The notes under the pieces: model-generated
What the model was told of the DNA's origin: nothing
Databases searched by the model: none
Seen by the model: the letters and a program-made list of their open reading frames with translations, nothing else
Translations under genes and position numbers: made by a program
In this document: in pieces, positions 1 through 11,300 of the stretch
How positions within the stretch are numbered: position 1 is the first letter of the stretch
Layout: every line of letters starts with the position of its first letter
Virus record (IMG/VR): IMGVR_UViG_3300045988_123324
Coordinates: 32,001-96,000 of that record
Origin: a virus
DNA: 64,000 nucleotides
Strand: one strand, 5' to 3'

Positions 1-1447
1 TTTTATCTAAGTGCATTACTATACTTGCTGATGTGTTATCACGCCTAACTATAAACTCTATTGGGCATTTTACATCATTTCTACTTTTGTATTGCTCCTT
101 GTTTTCTTCTGATATTACAAACCAAGGACAACCAGTTCCATGAAAAACTGGTGGCGGTATCATCTGTACCTCATGACCTCCTGGTGGACACCACTGACGA
201 ATTTTTAATAAGTTACAAAACTGTTTAACACCGTCATTTGCTGTCACCCATTCATCATATCCTGTCGCTCCAAAATATTCGCATGAAAATAGGTTCTCAC
301 TAAATCCAAGAGAAACACTTACTGTTATAAACTCACCGCTATTCTTGAATAAGTTCCAATGAGTTCCATCATTACAATATTTAGACTCCCATCTCCATGA
401 TCCATGTATATCACCAGTTTTATATGATTGCTTATTTTGCTTTCCGTCTAGTGGATATTTACCATGAGTTCCAAAATATTTTGCATAAATGGTATCATTC
501 ATATTGCTTCCGACAAAATAATGATTGAATGTTATATAATAAGAATTTTTCTTTATTCCAAATAATTTCTCTATTACTTTTCTCTTTATTTTATCATATA
601 TGAACTGTAAATATCTCTTTGTGTAGTTTTCAGTTTCTACATAATAATGTTCAAAATACTTCTGCGATAATGGCTCATCTTCATTAGTTTTATATAGCCA
701 CCCATATTCTCGCTCTATCTGATCTCCTGTATATGTTCCCTCTACATGGCACTTAAACTTTATTATATTTATGTGCTTATAAATATATTCTGCAATATCA
801 AATATCAACATCTCATAATCATTTTGTCTTAACTCATTTATATGTGAAGTAAAATCATTCAATGTATTTGGTACTGTAGTAACTACACAACACTTTATAT
901 TATTTTCTGAACACAGAACATCAAGTTCTTTTAGCTTATCTCTTTTTGGCTCCGACGTATTACACACAAGGTAATCTATATCTTTATGTGCTTTTACATA
1001 ATCAATCACTTTATCTAGTGTATTTAGTTCTGTAGCCCCATTTGAATAGTCTCCAACAACGTCTATTTCTGCATTTGGGAATATATCTTTTATTTCATCC
1101 TTTACAGAATAATACTTTGTGACCGCCCACCTATTATCTAATTCTGTCATTATTCTATTATATTCTGGATTTCTATATAGAATATTTTCTGACATCAACC
1201 ACTTATCCCCAACTATTGCCACTTTAATGGCTTCTTTTCTTTGTGTTGGTGGTTCTAGTGGCACTTCATATGTACTACCATAAAAAGAGTGGAAGCGGTC
1301 ATCTACCTGCTCCCACTTCTGTAATTTATTCCCATGATCTTCTGAGGAATCAAACTTAAAGGTATCACCAATCACATAGGAGTTGGCGATATTAAAAAAG
1401 TATTTGTCAAATTCTGCAAAACTTGTCATTTTATTTATTGCATACAT
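1..1447 (-). CDS. hypothetical protein at the distal end of the tail module; C-terminus runs off the window
   Basis: Uninterrupted minus-strand frame from ATG 1447 to position 2. GGAGAGGAG lies 9 nt upstream and the ATG abuts the TAA of the upstream gene. Absent from the ORF track because no stop lies in the window. No recognisable motif. Confidence 0.55.
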   Translation of the reverse strand, partial: MYAINKMTSFAEFDKYFFNIANSYVIGDTFKFDSSEDHGNKLQKWEQVDDRFHSFYGSTYEVPLEPPTQRKEAIKVAIVGDKWLMSENILYRNPEYNRIMTELDNRWAVTKYYSVKDEIKDIFPNAEIDVVGDYSNGATELNTLDKVIDYVKAHKDIDYLVCNTSEPKRDKLKELDVLCSENNIKCCVVTTVPNTLNDFTSHINELRQNDYEMLIFDIAEYIYKHINIIKFKCHVEGTYTGDQIEREYGWLYKTNEDEPLSQKYFEHYYVETENYTKRYLQFIYDKIKRKVIEKLFGIKKNSYYITFNHYFVGSNMNDTIYAKYFGTHGKYPLDGKQNKQSYKTGDIHGSWRWESKYCNDGTHWNLFKNSGEFITVSVSLGFSENLFSCEYFGATGYDEWVTANDGVKQFCNLLKIRQWCPPGGHEVQMIPPPVFHGTGCPWFVISEENKEQYKSRNDVKCPIEFIVRRDNTSASIVMHLDK

Positions 1448-3493
1448 TTACATTATCTCCTCTCCTATGTAATATGCCAATCCATAATTATTTAGATAAC
1501 CATATCCATCATCTGTTTTTATTGGTGAATCTATATGATGAGCACCTGTAAACTGTATTTTTTCACTACACCACTTTTGATTTAGTGTCCACGGATTCTT
1601 TCTCTTGCCCAATGAAAAACAACCATGATACTCATTTACTGTCTCTCTAGGTGTTAATACTGCCAAACTACTCATATTAAACATACTACAAAAGTTTATA
1701 TCATTAGTCATTCCAATCTTACTGAATGTTCCAAAGGAATCATCTTTTGGATCATCTTTACCTTCATCCTTTAATCCTACTGGGTTTCTCCTAACATAGA
1801 ATATAGTAGGTAGTAACTCAGTGCTTGTGTTTGCTGTATTTATATCCGCATTACATTTTCCTGCACTTTTTGATATAGTCTGTGTTATAAACTTATTTTC
1901 ATTATAGTTTGGAACTTCTTGTGTAAATTGATATGATTCTAGATCTGGATTCCAAAACACACCAACACCATCTTCTGTTGTGTGTTTAGTTATTGATGTA
2001 AATAATGGCTCTGCACTAAAATTACAATTCATTGGAGATGATACATTCCCACCAAATTTTGTGTGTACGAGTGTGCCAGTCTTTCTCTTACTTGCATCAT
2101 ATCTAGGCAGGTGGTCATAGAAATTCGTCACAAACCATGTGCTTGTACCATGAACATCTACCATCTTCTTTGTTGCCATATTTAACATCTTTGTAGTCTT
2201 TTTATCCGAATCATCAACAATAACTTTTATTGCCCCCATTAGATAGTTATTATTTTCGTCTCCAAAAGAATCTATTGCCATTACATTAGTATTTATACTT
2301 ACTCCATCTATATCATCACTATCTGGCGCAATTTCAAGATTTACTATATTGTGTGTAAAATCTCCATGCCATAGCTTATGAATCTCTTTAAGCAACTCAT
2401 CTGATGGATGCTTTTTATCTTTCATCTTATCATATAAGTCTTTAATTTGCTTTTTCATTTGTTCTACGTCTTCTTTTATTGCATCCTCTAGTTGCTCATT
2501 TAGTGGTTTTGGTGGTGGTGCATATATATCTGGCTGTGTGTGATATGCTTCATCCATTTTCTGCTGCTTTGCTTTTTCCATGTAGTCTTTAGTTTTTTGT
2601 GTTATTGACTTCTTAAACTCGTCCATTATCTTATTAAGTGCATTTTTAAATTCTGAATCATCTTGTATAGGCTCATTAGCTTTTGCAAGTTCATACATCT
2701 TTATCAGATTCACTAACTTTTCTGCATCTTCTATTGCTTTATCGTATTCCTTAACTCTAACATTTCCAACACCTAAGTTAGTATATAATGGCGTAACATC
2801 ATCATATTCATCTAATCCGTATCCACTTCCATGAAAATTAGCCTTTTGTGCAAGTATAGCAAATCCACCTTTTATTAGCTTATCTTCTTGCTCAAAAAAT
2901 CCAAAAGTATAGTGGGTTGAAGTCTTTGGATACTCATTTGTTGTTAATATAAAAGAAAACAACCCACTATTATAATAACAGTCTAGGCATAGCACATTTT
3001 CATTTTTTGGAACATACAGAGAAAATGTCACCCTAACTGGAAATTTACCAGTAATTCTTCTCGGAACTTTCTTAAACTTTCTTATCTTTGATATACTTTT
3101 AGATATTTCATCCCTATAATATTCATCCGCAAATTCTTTATAATATAATCTAGTTTCTTTTATTATACTATATGCTTTACCATTTGCTTCTTCTACTTTA
3201 GCCCTTGCTTTTGCTGTCTCAACATCATCCAACTCATTAACCTTCATATCTATATGTTGATGTGAGTATATCATGTAGTCTTGTGCTTCCTCTCTTTTAT
3301 GTGGGCTATTAGTAAAATATGCGGAAGCACTTAATTCAGAATCAATATTGACCTTGACATACATTTCCTTTTCTGGATATTCAATTTTAAGAATACTACC
3401 AGAATCGATTATCTTCCTATCTGGTAGCATATCTTTTATAAACTGCTTTGCTTTTTCCTGCCAAGAATCAACATTCATATATCTTTTGTGCAT
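1448..3493 (-). CDS. hypothetical tail-tip/baseplate-associated structural protein
   Basis: 681-aa ORF tightly packed downstream of the tape measure and tail-tip genes. Function inferred from position only. Confidence 0.5.
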   Translation of the reverse strand: MHKRYMNVDSWQEKAKQFIKDMLPDRKIIDSGSILKIEYPEKEMYVKVNIDSELSASAYFTNSPHKREEAQDYMIYSHQHIDMKVNELDDVETAKARAKVEEANGKAYSIIKETRLYYKEFADEYYRDEISKSISKIRKFKKVPRRITGKFPVRVTFSLYVPKNENVLCLDCYYNSGLFSFILTTNEYPKTSTHYTFGFFEQEDKLIKGGFAILAQKANFHGSGYGLDEYDDVTPLYTNLGVGNVRVKEYDKAIEDAEKLVNLIKMYELAKANEPIQDDSEFKNALNKIMDEFKKSITQKTKDYMEKAKQQKMDEAYHTQPDIYAPPPKPLNEQLEDAIKEDVEQMKKQIKDLYDKMKDKKHPSDELLKEIHKLWHGDFTHNIVNLEIAPDSDDIDGVSINTNVMAIDSFGDENNNYLMGAIKVIVDDSDKKTTKMLNMATKKMVDVHGTSTWFVTNFYDHLPRYDASKRKTGTLVHTKFGGNVSSPMNCNFSAEPLFTSITKHTTEDGVGVFWNPDLESYQFTQEVPNYNENKFITQTISKSAGKCNADINTANTSTELLPTIFYVRRNPVGLKDEGKDDPKDDSFGTFSKIGMTNDINFCSMFNMSSLAVLTPRETVNEYHGCFSLGKRKNPWTLNQKWCSEKIQFTGAHHIDSPIKTDDGYGYLNNYGLAYYIGEEIM

Positions 3494-3494
3494 A

Positions 3495-6400
3495 TTATAC
3501 TATCAACTCCTTAAATGTTAATTCTGGATTTGCTTTACTGAATTTATCTATCTGCTCTTTCTTACAGTAGAACGGATAATGTTTCATATTTCCACTCATG
3601 TCTACTACGTGGAAAACTGTGTCTGAATATATATTAAACCTTATCTTATTATCCTTTTTAGGTTCTGGGAAGTGGTCTACATACAATAACTTTACTCTCT
3701 TACATAGATGTATTTGAACATCCCAATATTCTATATTGTGAACATCTAAATATACAGAATCTCTTACTCCCTTAAAATATATATTCTTGAATGTACTTTC
3801 ATATATGTGAATCCATGATTTTTTATCATCAACAATATTCTTCTCATAGAAATAAAAATCTGTCAAGTCATTTGGATCTTTTCTTTCGAGATTCGCTGTT
3901 CTCATTTTCCCGCCAAAGAAATCACTGCAAAAATCTTCTTTTAGTTTATTGGTCTCGCCAGTTCTCTGTAGAATCATCCACCATGTCTTGTCCTGATTTT
4001 CAAATATATCCTCAAACCTACCATTAAGTTGATAATTTACAAGACTACCTAGCCAATTACTTGATATAATCTTTTCTTCTTGACTATATCTTTCTTTCTC
4101 TCCATTTGATTCTCCTAATAATGGTTGATCTGGAACTACAAACTCTTTTCCTTCTGCATCCAGTTCAGTTTGAACTAATCCATCAATATTATACATCTGA
4201 CCTATATTTGGTTTATGATCTAAATCAAACTTTGGTCTTTCTACTGTATAATAAAAATCTGGATTTATCTTATAGTCAATTTCATCATTTTCTCTCGGAA
4301 CTGTTGCTCCATCTATACTCAAGCCACCACAAAACTTCATCACAGAGTCTACTATCTTCTTCTTATCAGTTAGCTTTTCTTTTTCGTCATATACAGGTAA
4401 TTCTTTTCTTACTGGCACTTCTGCAAAGAACTGAACAATTCCTTGATGTCTGTCTAAGTCTTCATGTAACTTAAATGTATTCTTATAACTATCATTATTC
4501 TCTGCATATATAGTGATTACATAATTTCCTTTATCTTGATATATGTGTCTCATTCGTGTTCTATATCTTCTCTTATTTACCCCATCACTATAATGTCTGT
4601 ATTCAGTTAGATTCTCCCACCCAGTGTAATACTGATACTCTGAGCCATCTCCCCAATCTACTAGTAATGTTCTTCCATCTGCATAGAATTGAAGTTCTGT
4701 TATCGTTGGATAATCAATAAACTCTATCTTATAATCTTTGGTATCGTCCCCAGTGTTGGAAATTCTTGTGATAATTTTCCGTGTTATTCCAACTGGTTTT
4801 TCTATGTGAATATATAATTCCATTAGTTTTCTTCTCTGTTCAGTATTTTCATTATCTTTTGTGATATTATTTTCTGCCCCTAAATCAAAATCTCTTATAT
4901 GTTCTACTTCACCAGTTTTTAATAACAGTTTAGTATTTATTTTATTTTCATTTCCCTCATAGTGATTTTCTCTATCATGATATGATTTATATGCTTGCTC
5001 GTTAGAAACCTGTGTGTTATAAACAGCACTATTTATTCCTGCCGCATTTTCTCCACCCCAATATATTCTTCCAACATACCAAGGATAATGCCACAGTCTC
5101 TCATCCCATCCATTAGGTACTAATACATATCTACTGTCTTTAGTCTCTAATTCTCCGCTCTCTTTATCAAAATCTGGAACTATGTAACAATTATCTATAA
5201 CGCCATGTATGTTGTGCTCGTCCTCACCTTCTTTTGGCTTTATAGATACCTCTACTGGATTCTTTAATAGGTGTCTATCCTTCAAATTATACTTTGGCTT
5301 ATTTGGTCTATACACCTCATCAAGATGTTGTTTTGGCTTATGTATGTGACTTGAATTACTATCTATATATGAGTGTTGATTTACTGGAACTCCCCATTGA
5401 TATATAGGTGCTCCGCATACATCAAAATATTTATACTCTGAATATGTCTGCTGCATACTAAACACATCTCGCCATTTACCATCATAACACAGCACTCTAA
5501 AATTAGACATATGTGATCCACCAAAATCTGTTGGATATGCTAAATTACTACTCGATAAGCATGGATTCTTCATGTCTAGCAAATATCTTAATCCGTTTAC
5601 GTGTAAATCTGGGGAAAAATAAACCCATACGTCTGGCACTAATGCTTGATTACCTCCTGCCACATACAGTGGTGGTATGGTTGAATATGTATCATATTTA
5701 AAGCATCCAAATACAAGTGTCTGCCAACAATCAGTATATATTCTACTCTTATCCATTATTCTGAACACTATAGTTGCACACTTATTAGACTTTGAAAAAT
5801 AATACTTTATCTTATTGTCTTTATCAATACCATACTGTGATTTATTTCTGTTTGATATGGTTAGCCAAGGGCATCCTGTTCCTGGATATTCTGGTATATC
5901 AAGTCTTTGATAAGGCGTTCCACCTCTAAAATCCCAAAATGGTAATAGGTTCATATGATTAGTTCCATCGTCTGCCTCTGCTTCACAGGTTATATTTCCT
6001 TGTTCTGTCATCCACAAATCTCTATCATAGGACATATGCAGTCCTACTGCAATCATTTCACCCGCATCATTAAACGCTTGTATACCATCTTTGCCGCGAA
6101 TAGATCTATTTCCAACACCTTCAACCTTGTTTATTTCTTCACTCATCACATCATGTTTTGTGCGGAAAAATTCTTCATAACTCCCACCAGTGATGTTTCT
6201 ATATTGAAATGATGTGTAATATACAGGTCTAAATGTTTTTAACATGATGTTCATGATTATGTCTATCTTTTTCATGAATCTGCTGAATGATTCTTTTCTT
6301 GGTCTATCTAGTACAGACTGTTCTTCCTCTTTTTCATTTCTATCCTTAAAGTGTTTCGGAACATCTTTCTCTCTCCAATAGATTGTAAAATTTGAAAAGA

Positions 6401-7046
6401 ATATGGAGTCATTCTTTCTCTCATACTCTTCTTGTACCCCCACAACCTCTTCCATCGGGTCATTTAGTATTTCGTCCCTAAAATAGAAAAACTGATGCTT
6501 AGACTCTCTAACATCATCTTTATACTTGTTCTTTCCATCATGACTGAAATAGAATAGTCTTAATTCTATCTTCTTTTCTTTGCACCAATCTACAAGTGCG
6601 TCATAACTATCAATGTTTCCATCTGCAAGCATTGTTTCAGTAATCCCACCAAAAAACGCAACATCTGGCAGGTCTGTTTGTTTCTTTAATGCTTTTAGTA
6701 AATTGGTTGCTGTAGCCTTATCTTCTATATTTACAACACTTATATGACTTCCATCTAGCATTTTTTCAAACATAGGAACTAAACTATCCATATGTATTGA
6801 TTTATTGTCATCAAATACTACATTATCAAAGAAATCAGATGAGTTTATCATCCATATTTTCTTATCCCTATACCCCGTGTATTTATATTCCCCAAGCGGT
6901 ATTTTTAAGGTTGAACCAAAAAATGAATCTGATCTATCATCAATGAGTTGCCATGAGACAGTAGATTCATTATATTTTTGAGCAAACACCAAAAACTTGT
7001 CCAACATTTCCTTTAGGGATATTGCTTCCCCTGTCTCATACATCAT
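3495..7046 (-). CDS. large tail-tip structural protein (1183 aa)
   Basis: Size and position two genes after the tape measure. An internal segment resembles the upstream 306-aa protein (shared CR/FRI...Y..G...P.Y(V)(C/A)GGN-like stretch). Confidence 0.5.
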   Translation of the reverse strand: MMYETGEAISLKEMLDKFLVFAQKYNESTVSWQLIDDRSDSFFGSTLKIPLGEYKYTGYRDKKIWMINSSDFFDNVVFDDNKSIHMDSLVPMFEKMLDGSHISVVNIEDKATATNLLKALKKQTDLPDVAFFGGITETMLADGNIDSYDALVDWCKEKKIELRLFYFSHDGKNKYKDDVRESKHQFFYFRDEILNDPMEEVVGVQEEYERKNDSIFFSNFTIYWREKDVPKHFKDRNEKEEEQSVLDRPRKESFSRFMKKIDIIMNIMLKTFRPVYYTSFQYRNITGGSYEEFFRTKHDVMSEEINKVEGVGNRSIRGKDGIQAFNDAGEMIAVGLHMSYDRDLWMTEQGNITCEAEADDGTNHMNLLPFWDFRGGTPYQRLDIPEYPGTGCPWLTISNRNKSQYGIDKDNKIKYYFSKSNKCATIVFRIMDKSRIYTDCWQTLVFGCFKYDTYSTIPPLYVAGGNQALVPDVWVYFSPDLHVNGLRYLLDMKNPCLSSSNLAYPTDFGGSHMSNFRVLCYDGKWRDVFSMQQTYSEYKYFDVCGAPIYQWGVPVNQHSYIDSNSSHIHKPKQHLDEVYRPNKPKYNLKDRHLLKNPVEVSIKPKEGEDEHNIHGVIDNCYIVPDFDKESGELETKDSRYVLVPNGWDERLWHYPWYVGRIYWGGENAAGINSAVYNTQVSNEQAYKSYHDRENHYEGNENKINTKLLLKTGEVEHIRDFDLGAENNITKDNENTEQRRKLMELYIHIEKPVGITRKIITRISNTGDDTKDYKIEFIDYPTITELQFYADGRTLLVDWGDGSEYQYYTGWENLTEYRHYSDGVNKRRYRTRMRHIYQDKGNYVITIYAENNDSYKNTFKLHEDLDRHQGIVQFFAEVPVRKELPVYDEKEKLTDKKKIVDSVMKFCGGLSIDGATVPRENDEIDYKINPDFYYTVERPKFDLDHKPNIGQMYNIDGLVQTELDAEGKEFVVPDQPLLGESNGEKERYSQEEKIISSNWLGSLVNYQLNGRFEDIFENQDKTWWMILQRTGETNKLKEDFCSDFFGGKMRTANLERKDPNDLTDFYFYEKNIVDDKKSWIHIYESTFKNIYFKGVRDSVYLDVHNIEYWDVQIHLCKRVKLLYVDHFPEPKKDNKIRFNIYSDTVFHVVDMSGNMKHYPFYCKKEQIDKFSKANPELTFKELIV

Positions 7047-7053
7047 ATAGTCA

Positions 7054-7974
7054 TTACTCCTCTATCTTTATAGCAAAATATGTATTTGCCCCTCTATCCA
7101 TCTGTGTGTCAAACACTATAAACTTGCTTCCATCATACTGTAAGATTCTTTCTGCATCAATATCTCTTGCGCCAGAAATCCAATAGCATCCTCTAAGTAG
7201 TCCATTTAAGTCTACAGGATCATTTGTCTGTAGCATTATTGGAATGAGCAAGAAGTTATCCTGATTGATGCTATCAGTTTCCTTGTAGTTAGGAATCAGC
7301 TTTGTGTTGTGTGAAGCATACGGGAATACTGTCCCTGTTGATGAGGGACTTGGATTTGGCTTTGTTGCATTAAACGCTCTCCAATTCCCGTCTGCTCTGC
7401 GTAGCCATCCACTGCCACCATTAGGGAATACAAACGATCCTAATCCTTGTGCTGTCCACTCTTTAGTTCCTGCTACTGTATTACCACAAACATACATTGG
7501 ATATGGATACTGCCTCTCTGATGCAATAGGGTTGAGGAATCCTAGATACATTGATTCATATACGATTGACATTCTACATACAACAACGATTCTGTATGTA
7601 TCTACAAATATCCAATAGAAAAATCTTTCATTCTTAGTTATTGTGAAAGCAGGTTCATTTGCCTTGTACTGTGGTGCAAAATTTTCTTTCTCATCATCAT
7701 ACTTGCCCTCAGACTTTAGATATTGCTGTAGGCATCCTGGCTGTTCAAAGAACCCTAGCTTATCATCGTATCCAACCGCCGAATCAATTATAATCTTATT
7801 CTCTAAGTTGTGATAACTAATCATTATATAAATCTTATCTTGCCCACTACCTGTTCCACAATAAATATAAGTATCCTCTGATAGCTTATATGGTGTCCAT
7901 CCAACTGCCACCAATGCCTTTCTTATCTCATCAAATAGTATGCCTATACTATAGGTATTTCCTGTTACATACAA
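7054..7974 (-). CDS. hypothetical tail protein (distal tail/hub position)
   Basis: 306-aa ORF between the tape measure and the large tail-tip protein. Partial similarity to the middle of the 1183-aa protein. Confidence 0.45.
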   Translation of the reverse strand: MYVTGNTYSIGILFDEIRKALVAVGWTPYKLSEDTYIYCGTGSGQDKIYIMISYHNLENKIIIDSAVGYDDKLGFFEQPGCLQQYLKSEGKYDDEKENFAPQYKANEPAFTITKNERFFYWIFVDTYRIVVVCRMSIVYESMYLGFLNPIASERQYPYPMYVCGNTVAGTKEWTAQGLGSFVFPNGGSGWLRRADGNWRAFNATKPNPSPSSTGTVFPYASHNTKLIPNYKETDSINQDNFLLIPIMLQTNDPVDLNGLLRGCYWISGARDIDAERILQYDGSKFIVFDTQMDRGANTYFAIKIEE

Positions 7975-7981
7975 TTATCAA

Positions 7982-8239
7982 TCACTCCTTTACAATTCCA
8001 TTAAGAAACTTACTCAGATCTAGTTGACTAAAATCTAGATCTTTCATCCCGTCCATTACAGTAGCTCTAATTTCAATTTCCTGCATATTGCTAATATTCA
8101 TTAAAAGCTGTGATAGCTTATAAGCTACATCAATATTATGATCTTTTGCGTCACCATAAACATTCTTTGATGCAACTCTCTTTAACTGCTCGTTAAAATA
8201 CTCCTCAATTCCACGCACAATCTCTTTTTCTATCTTCAT
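7982..8239 (-). CDS. hypothetical protein
   Basis: 85-aa ORF directly downstream of a consensus promoter, with a GAGGTGGAAAT RBS before the ATG. Confidence 0.5.
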   Translation of the reverse strand: MKIEKEIVRGIEEYFNEQLKRVASKNVYGDAKDHNIDVAYKLSQLLMNISNMQEIEIRATVMDGMKDLDFSQLDLSKFLNGIVKE

Positions 8240-8283
8240 ATTTCCACCTCAAAAAAAAATAAACCTACCAATATCACTAATTA

Positions 8284-8312
8284 TTATAGCATATTAGTAG
8301 GTTTTTGTCAAT
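8284..8312 (-). promoter_or_regulatory. sigma-A-type promoter TTGACA-17-TATAAT
   Basis: Minus strand reads TTGACA, then AAAACCTACTAATATGC (17 nt), then TATAAT, immediately after the tape-measure stop. An 8-bp inverted repeat AAACCTAC/GTAGGTTT (8262-8269 and 8298-8305) brackets the -10. Confidence 0.7.
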
Positions 8313-11300
8313 TTAGTTACTAAAGCTCATCTGTGCAAATGCACGTCCTGTTCCTCTCACTGTATCTAGTATATATCTTTCTCCCTTAGTTTTCATGAAG
8401 TGCTCCATAGCCTGTTCTTTATTATCAACAACTGCTATACTCATGTTGTTTGTAGTGGACACGCTTGTTCCAACCTTTTCAGCAAATGAGGTCATTCCTC
8501 TTGCTGTTTCTTGTTGTGCGTCTCCTACTGTACCACCATCTGCGAATCTTGGTAGATGTGCTCTAATCTTTGAAAGATTTCCATTATTTACTGCATTGAG
8601 GAAGTTTGTTCCCATCTGTCTAACTGCGCTAGCCTTTACAACAAATTCACCATTACTTAACATAGCAGGTATGCTGTCAGATGTTCCAGTTCCAATGCCT
8701 GAAATCAATCCACCATCTGCGTGCTTTCCTAAACTTGGCTTTGCACCTCTATTACCGCCACCAATTCCAAAACCTGTTATTGGTAGTCCCCCTAGCATCG
8801 ATCCACCGCCGAATCCCATACCTCCTAGGCTGTTGGTTATAGTGTTTATTGCTTGCACTAGCCCTTGTCCTGCCATCTCAAGATTTTGTCCTATGGTCTG
8901 AGTTACTTGAGCAATCTGATTTCCTGCGTCATCTCCGACTGCACTATTTGTGATGCTTTGTGCCATATCTTGTGTTGCCTTTGTTGCAGAATCCGTTCCT
9001 GCGCCAAAGTTTCCTAGATATAGTGTTGCATTTTGTAGCTGTGTGCCAAATCCAGTTAGGCTGTTTAGCGCATTACCTTTATAATCGACTTTATCCAAAG
9101 GCGAGTTTTTAACTTGAAATGCACCTTTTTTCTCCCACGGATGTAGATTTGGTTGACTAATGTCTATTCCCTGCATTGGTGAAATCGTTGTCATAACAAG
9201 AGGATTATTCTGTAACTTATGTCTACCCTGCCAAATTTGTGAGGATGTGGATTCTCCACGTAATGCCATTGTTGAAGCATACTGATCTTGTGGATTGCCA
9301 TTTTCATCGGTGCCATACTTTCTTGCACTTCTTGTTGGGAATAAAGTCTCCATTAGATTTGTGGTAAGCCTATCTGCAAAGAACTTCTGCATTGTTTTTA
9401 AGAAGTCAACAATCATGTTTTTAAGTGCATCACCAAGACTATTAGCGGAATTTATACCGTCAGTTAAGAACTTATTAAGACCATCTGCAAACGCTTGTTT
9501 TGCTTCTTTTCTTAAATCCCTTAGAAGTTCTGGTTGATGACTTTCCTCCTCTGCAAGCAGCTTTGCTGATTTTATGTCTTGACCGCGCATAACAAGTTTC
9601 TGCTTTTGTAGTCTTAATCCTTCTTGTTCACTTTTTAGAACAGCAATTTTATTTCTATATTCATTCTTCTCATTTGCGTCTTTTGCAAGTCTCTCTAGTT
9701 CGATATATTTAGCAAGACTGTTGTTTACATTCGTAAGTTGTTCGTCATACTGACCAAGTGACTTGTTTACAGCTTCAAGCCATGTTCCATATACCTGTGC
9801 TTTTTGCTCATTTTCTCTTGCTTTAATTTCTCTATGTGCAAATGTTTTCTGATAACTTGTCATATCAGTGGTGTCAACCCACTTGTCATAATTTCCATGA
9901 TATGTGGTAATTTGATTTATGTACTGATTAAATATTTCTCCAAGTGTATCAAACGCTTTTAATATTTTTTCTCTTAAATCTTGCGCTTTATCTACTTGCC
10001 CTATAGCTTCAAAGTCTCTAACCTTAGACCACATCTTATCCATTACAAAGGATGGAGACAGTGGGTTATTTACATCATCGTAAAAATACTTCATGTATTT
10101 CTGCATAAATGTAGATAGATCCATTGATCCTGGGTTTCTCTGGAATGTTTCAAATCCAGCATATTCACCCCATGTTTTAGCAGCTTTTAAGTTATAGTCC
10201 AATCTTCTTTCGAGTAATCCAGATTCAGCCTGATTTAGTTCTGCTAAGAAATTAGTTTTTAATGCCACAAGTAGCTTATCTCTATCTGCACCTTCTGGCA
10301 TCTCTGTTAATATCTTTTTAGCTACTTTTTTATATTTTTCTCTTATCTGTAGCGTCTTTGCAGCAAGTGCGGCTTTATAATCTTCTCCATATATATCTAA
10401 TATGTTTGATTGTGAATCTGCTGTTATTTGAAGTATATCTTCGTTAAATTTTTCTAGCTGTTTGTTTGTTTCAGATTCTATCTGTGTATTGCTTGCGTGT
10501 GTCTGATAAGAGCCACCTGGAACAAGACTACCACTTTGCCATCTGGCACCCATCATCTTATTATACCAATCTTCACCAGTGCTATTTGCTGTTATCTGCT
10601 GACCGCCGACACCACCCTTACCAAAGGATACGTCCCAGTGATCTCCTTCCCATCCAGCACCTACGCCGAACTGTCTAAGCAATTCTTCAAGAACTGCCTT
10701 ATTCATTAGTTTGGAGACATCCATTTTCCATCCTTGGTAGTGTCCCCAATTTCCACCGCTACTATGCTTGTCGCTACCAGTAAAGCTAGTTGGCTCTAGT
10801 CTTTCATGTGTTTGTTCATAATACATCTTAGCCAGCAAGTTGACAGCCATTCTTACATTTTCTTGTACTCTGTCTAGGCTCTCCCCAGATTCATTGAAAT
10901 CATCAAAGTTCAAATACCTTGTATCAAAACCATGAAAGTTATGCTCTTTGTCTGGTGTATATCCCATCAACTCGCCACTACTAGAAACCAATGTTTTTTC
11001 TACACCTTCCATTTGTGAAGATGCGTTATTCATGGCTTCTGCCGCGCTCTGCTGTGCTGATGCAGCTCTGTTTTGAGCATTTGCACTTGCTAAAATGTCA
11101 TTGATCGCTGGTAAGAATCTTTGTCTGCCTATTCCTTCTCCTTCTTTGTCTGCGGGTCTTTCTACAAACTTAGTGAAAGCATATGTCATAGCTTCTGCTG
11201 TCTGACCATTTTCGTTATAGTAAGCAAGTGCTTCTTCAAAATATGCTTTCTGTGTATCATTAAGCTCTTTTACTAAATATGCAAGCTGTGTAAGGATGTG

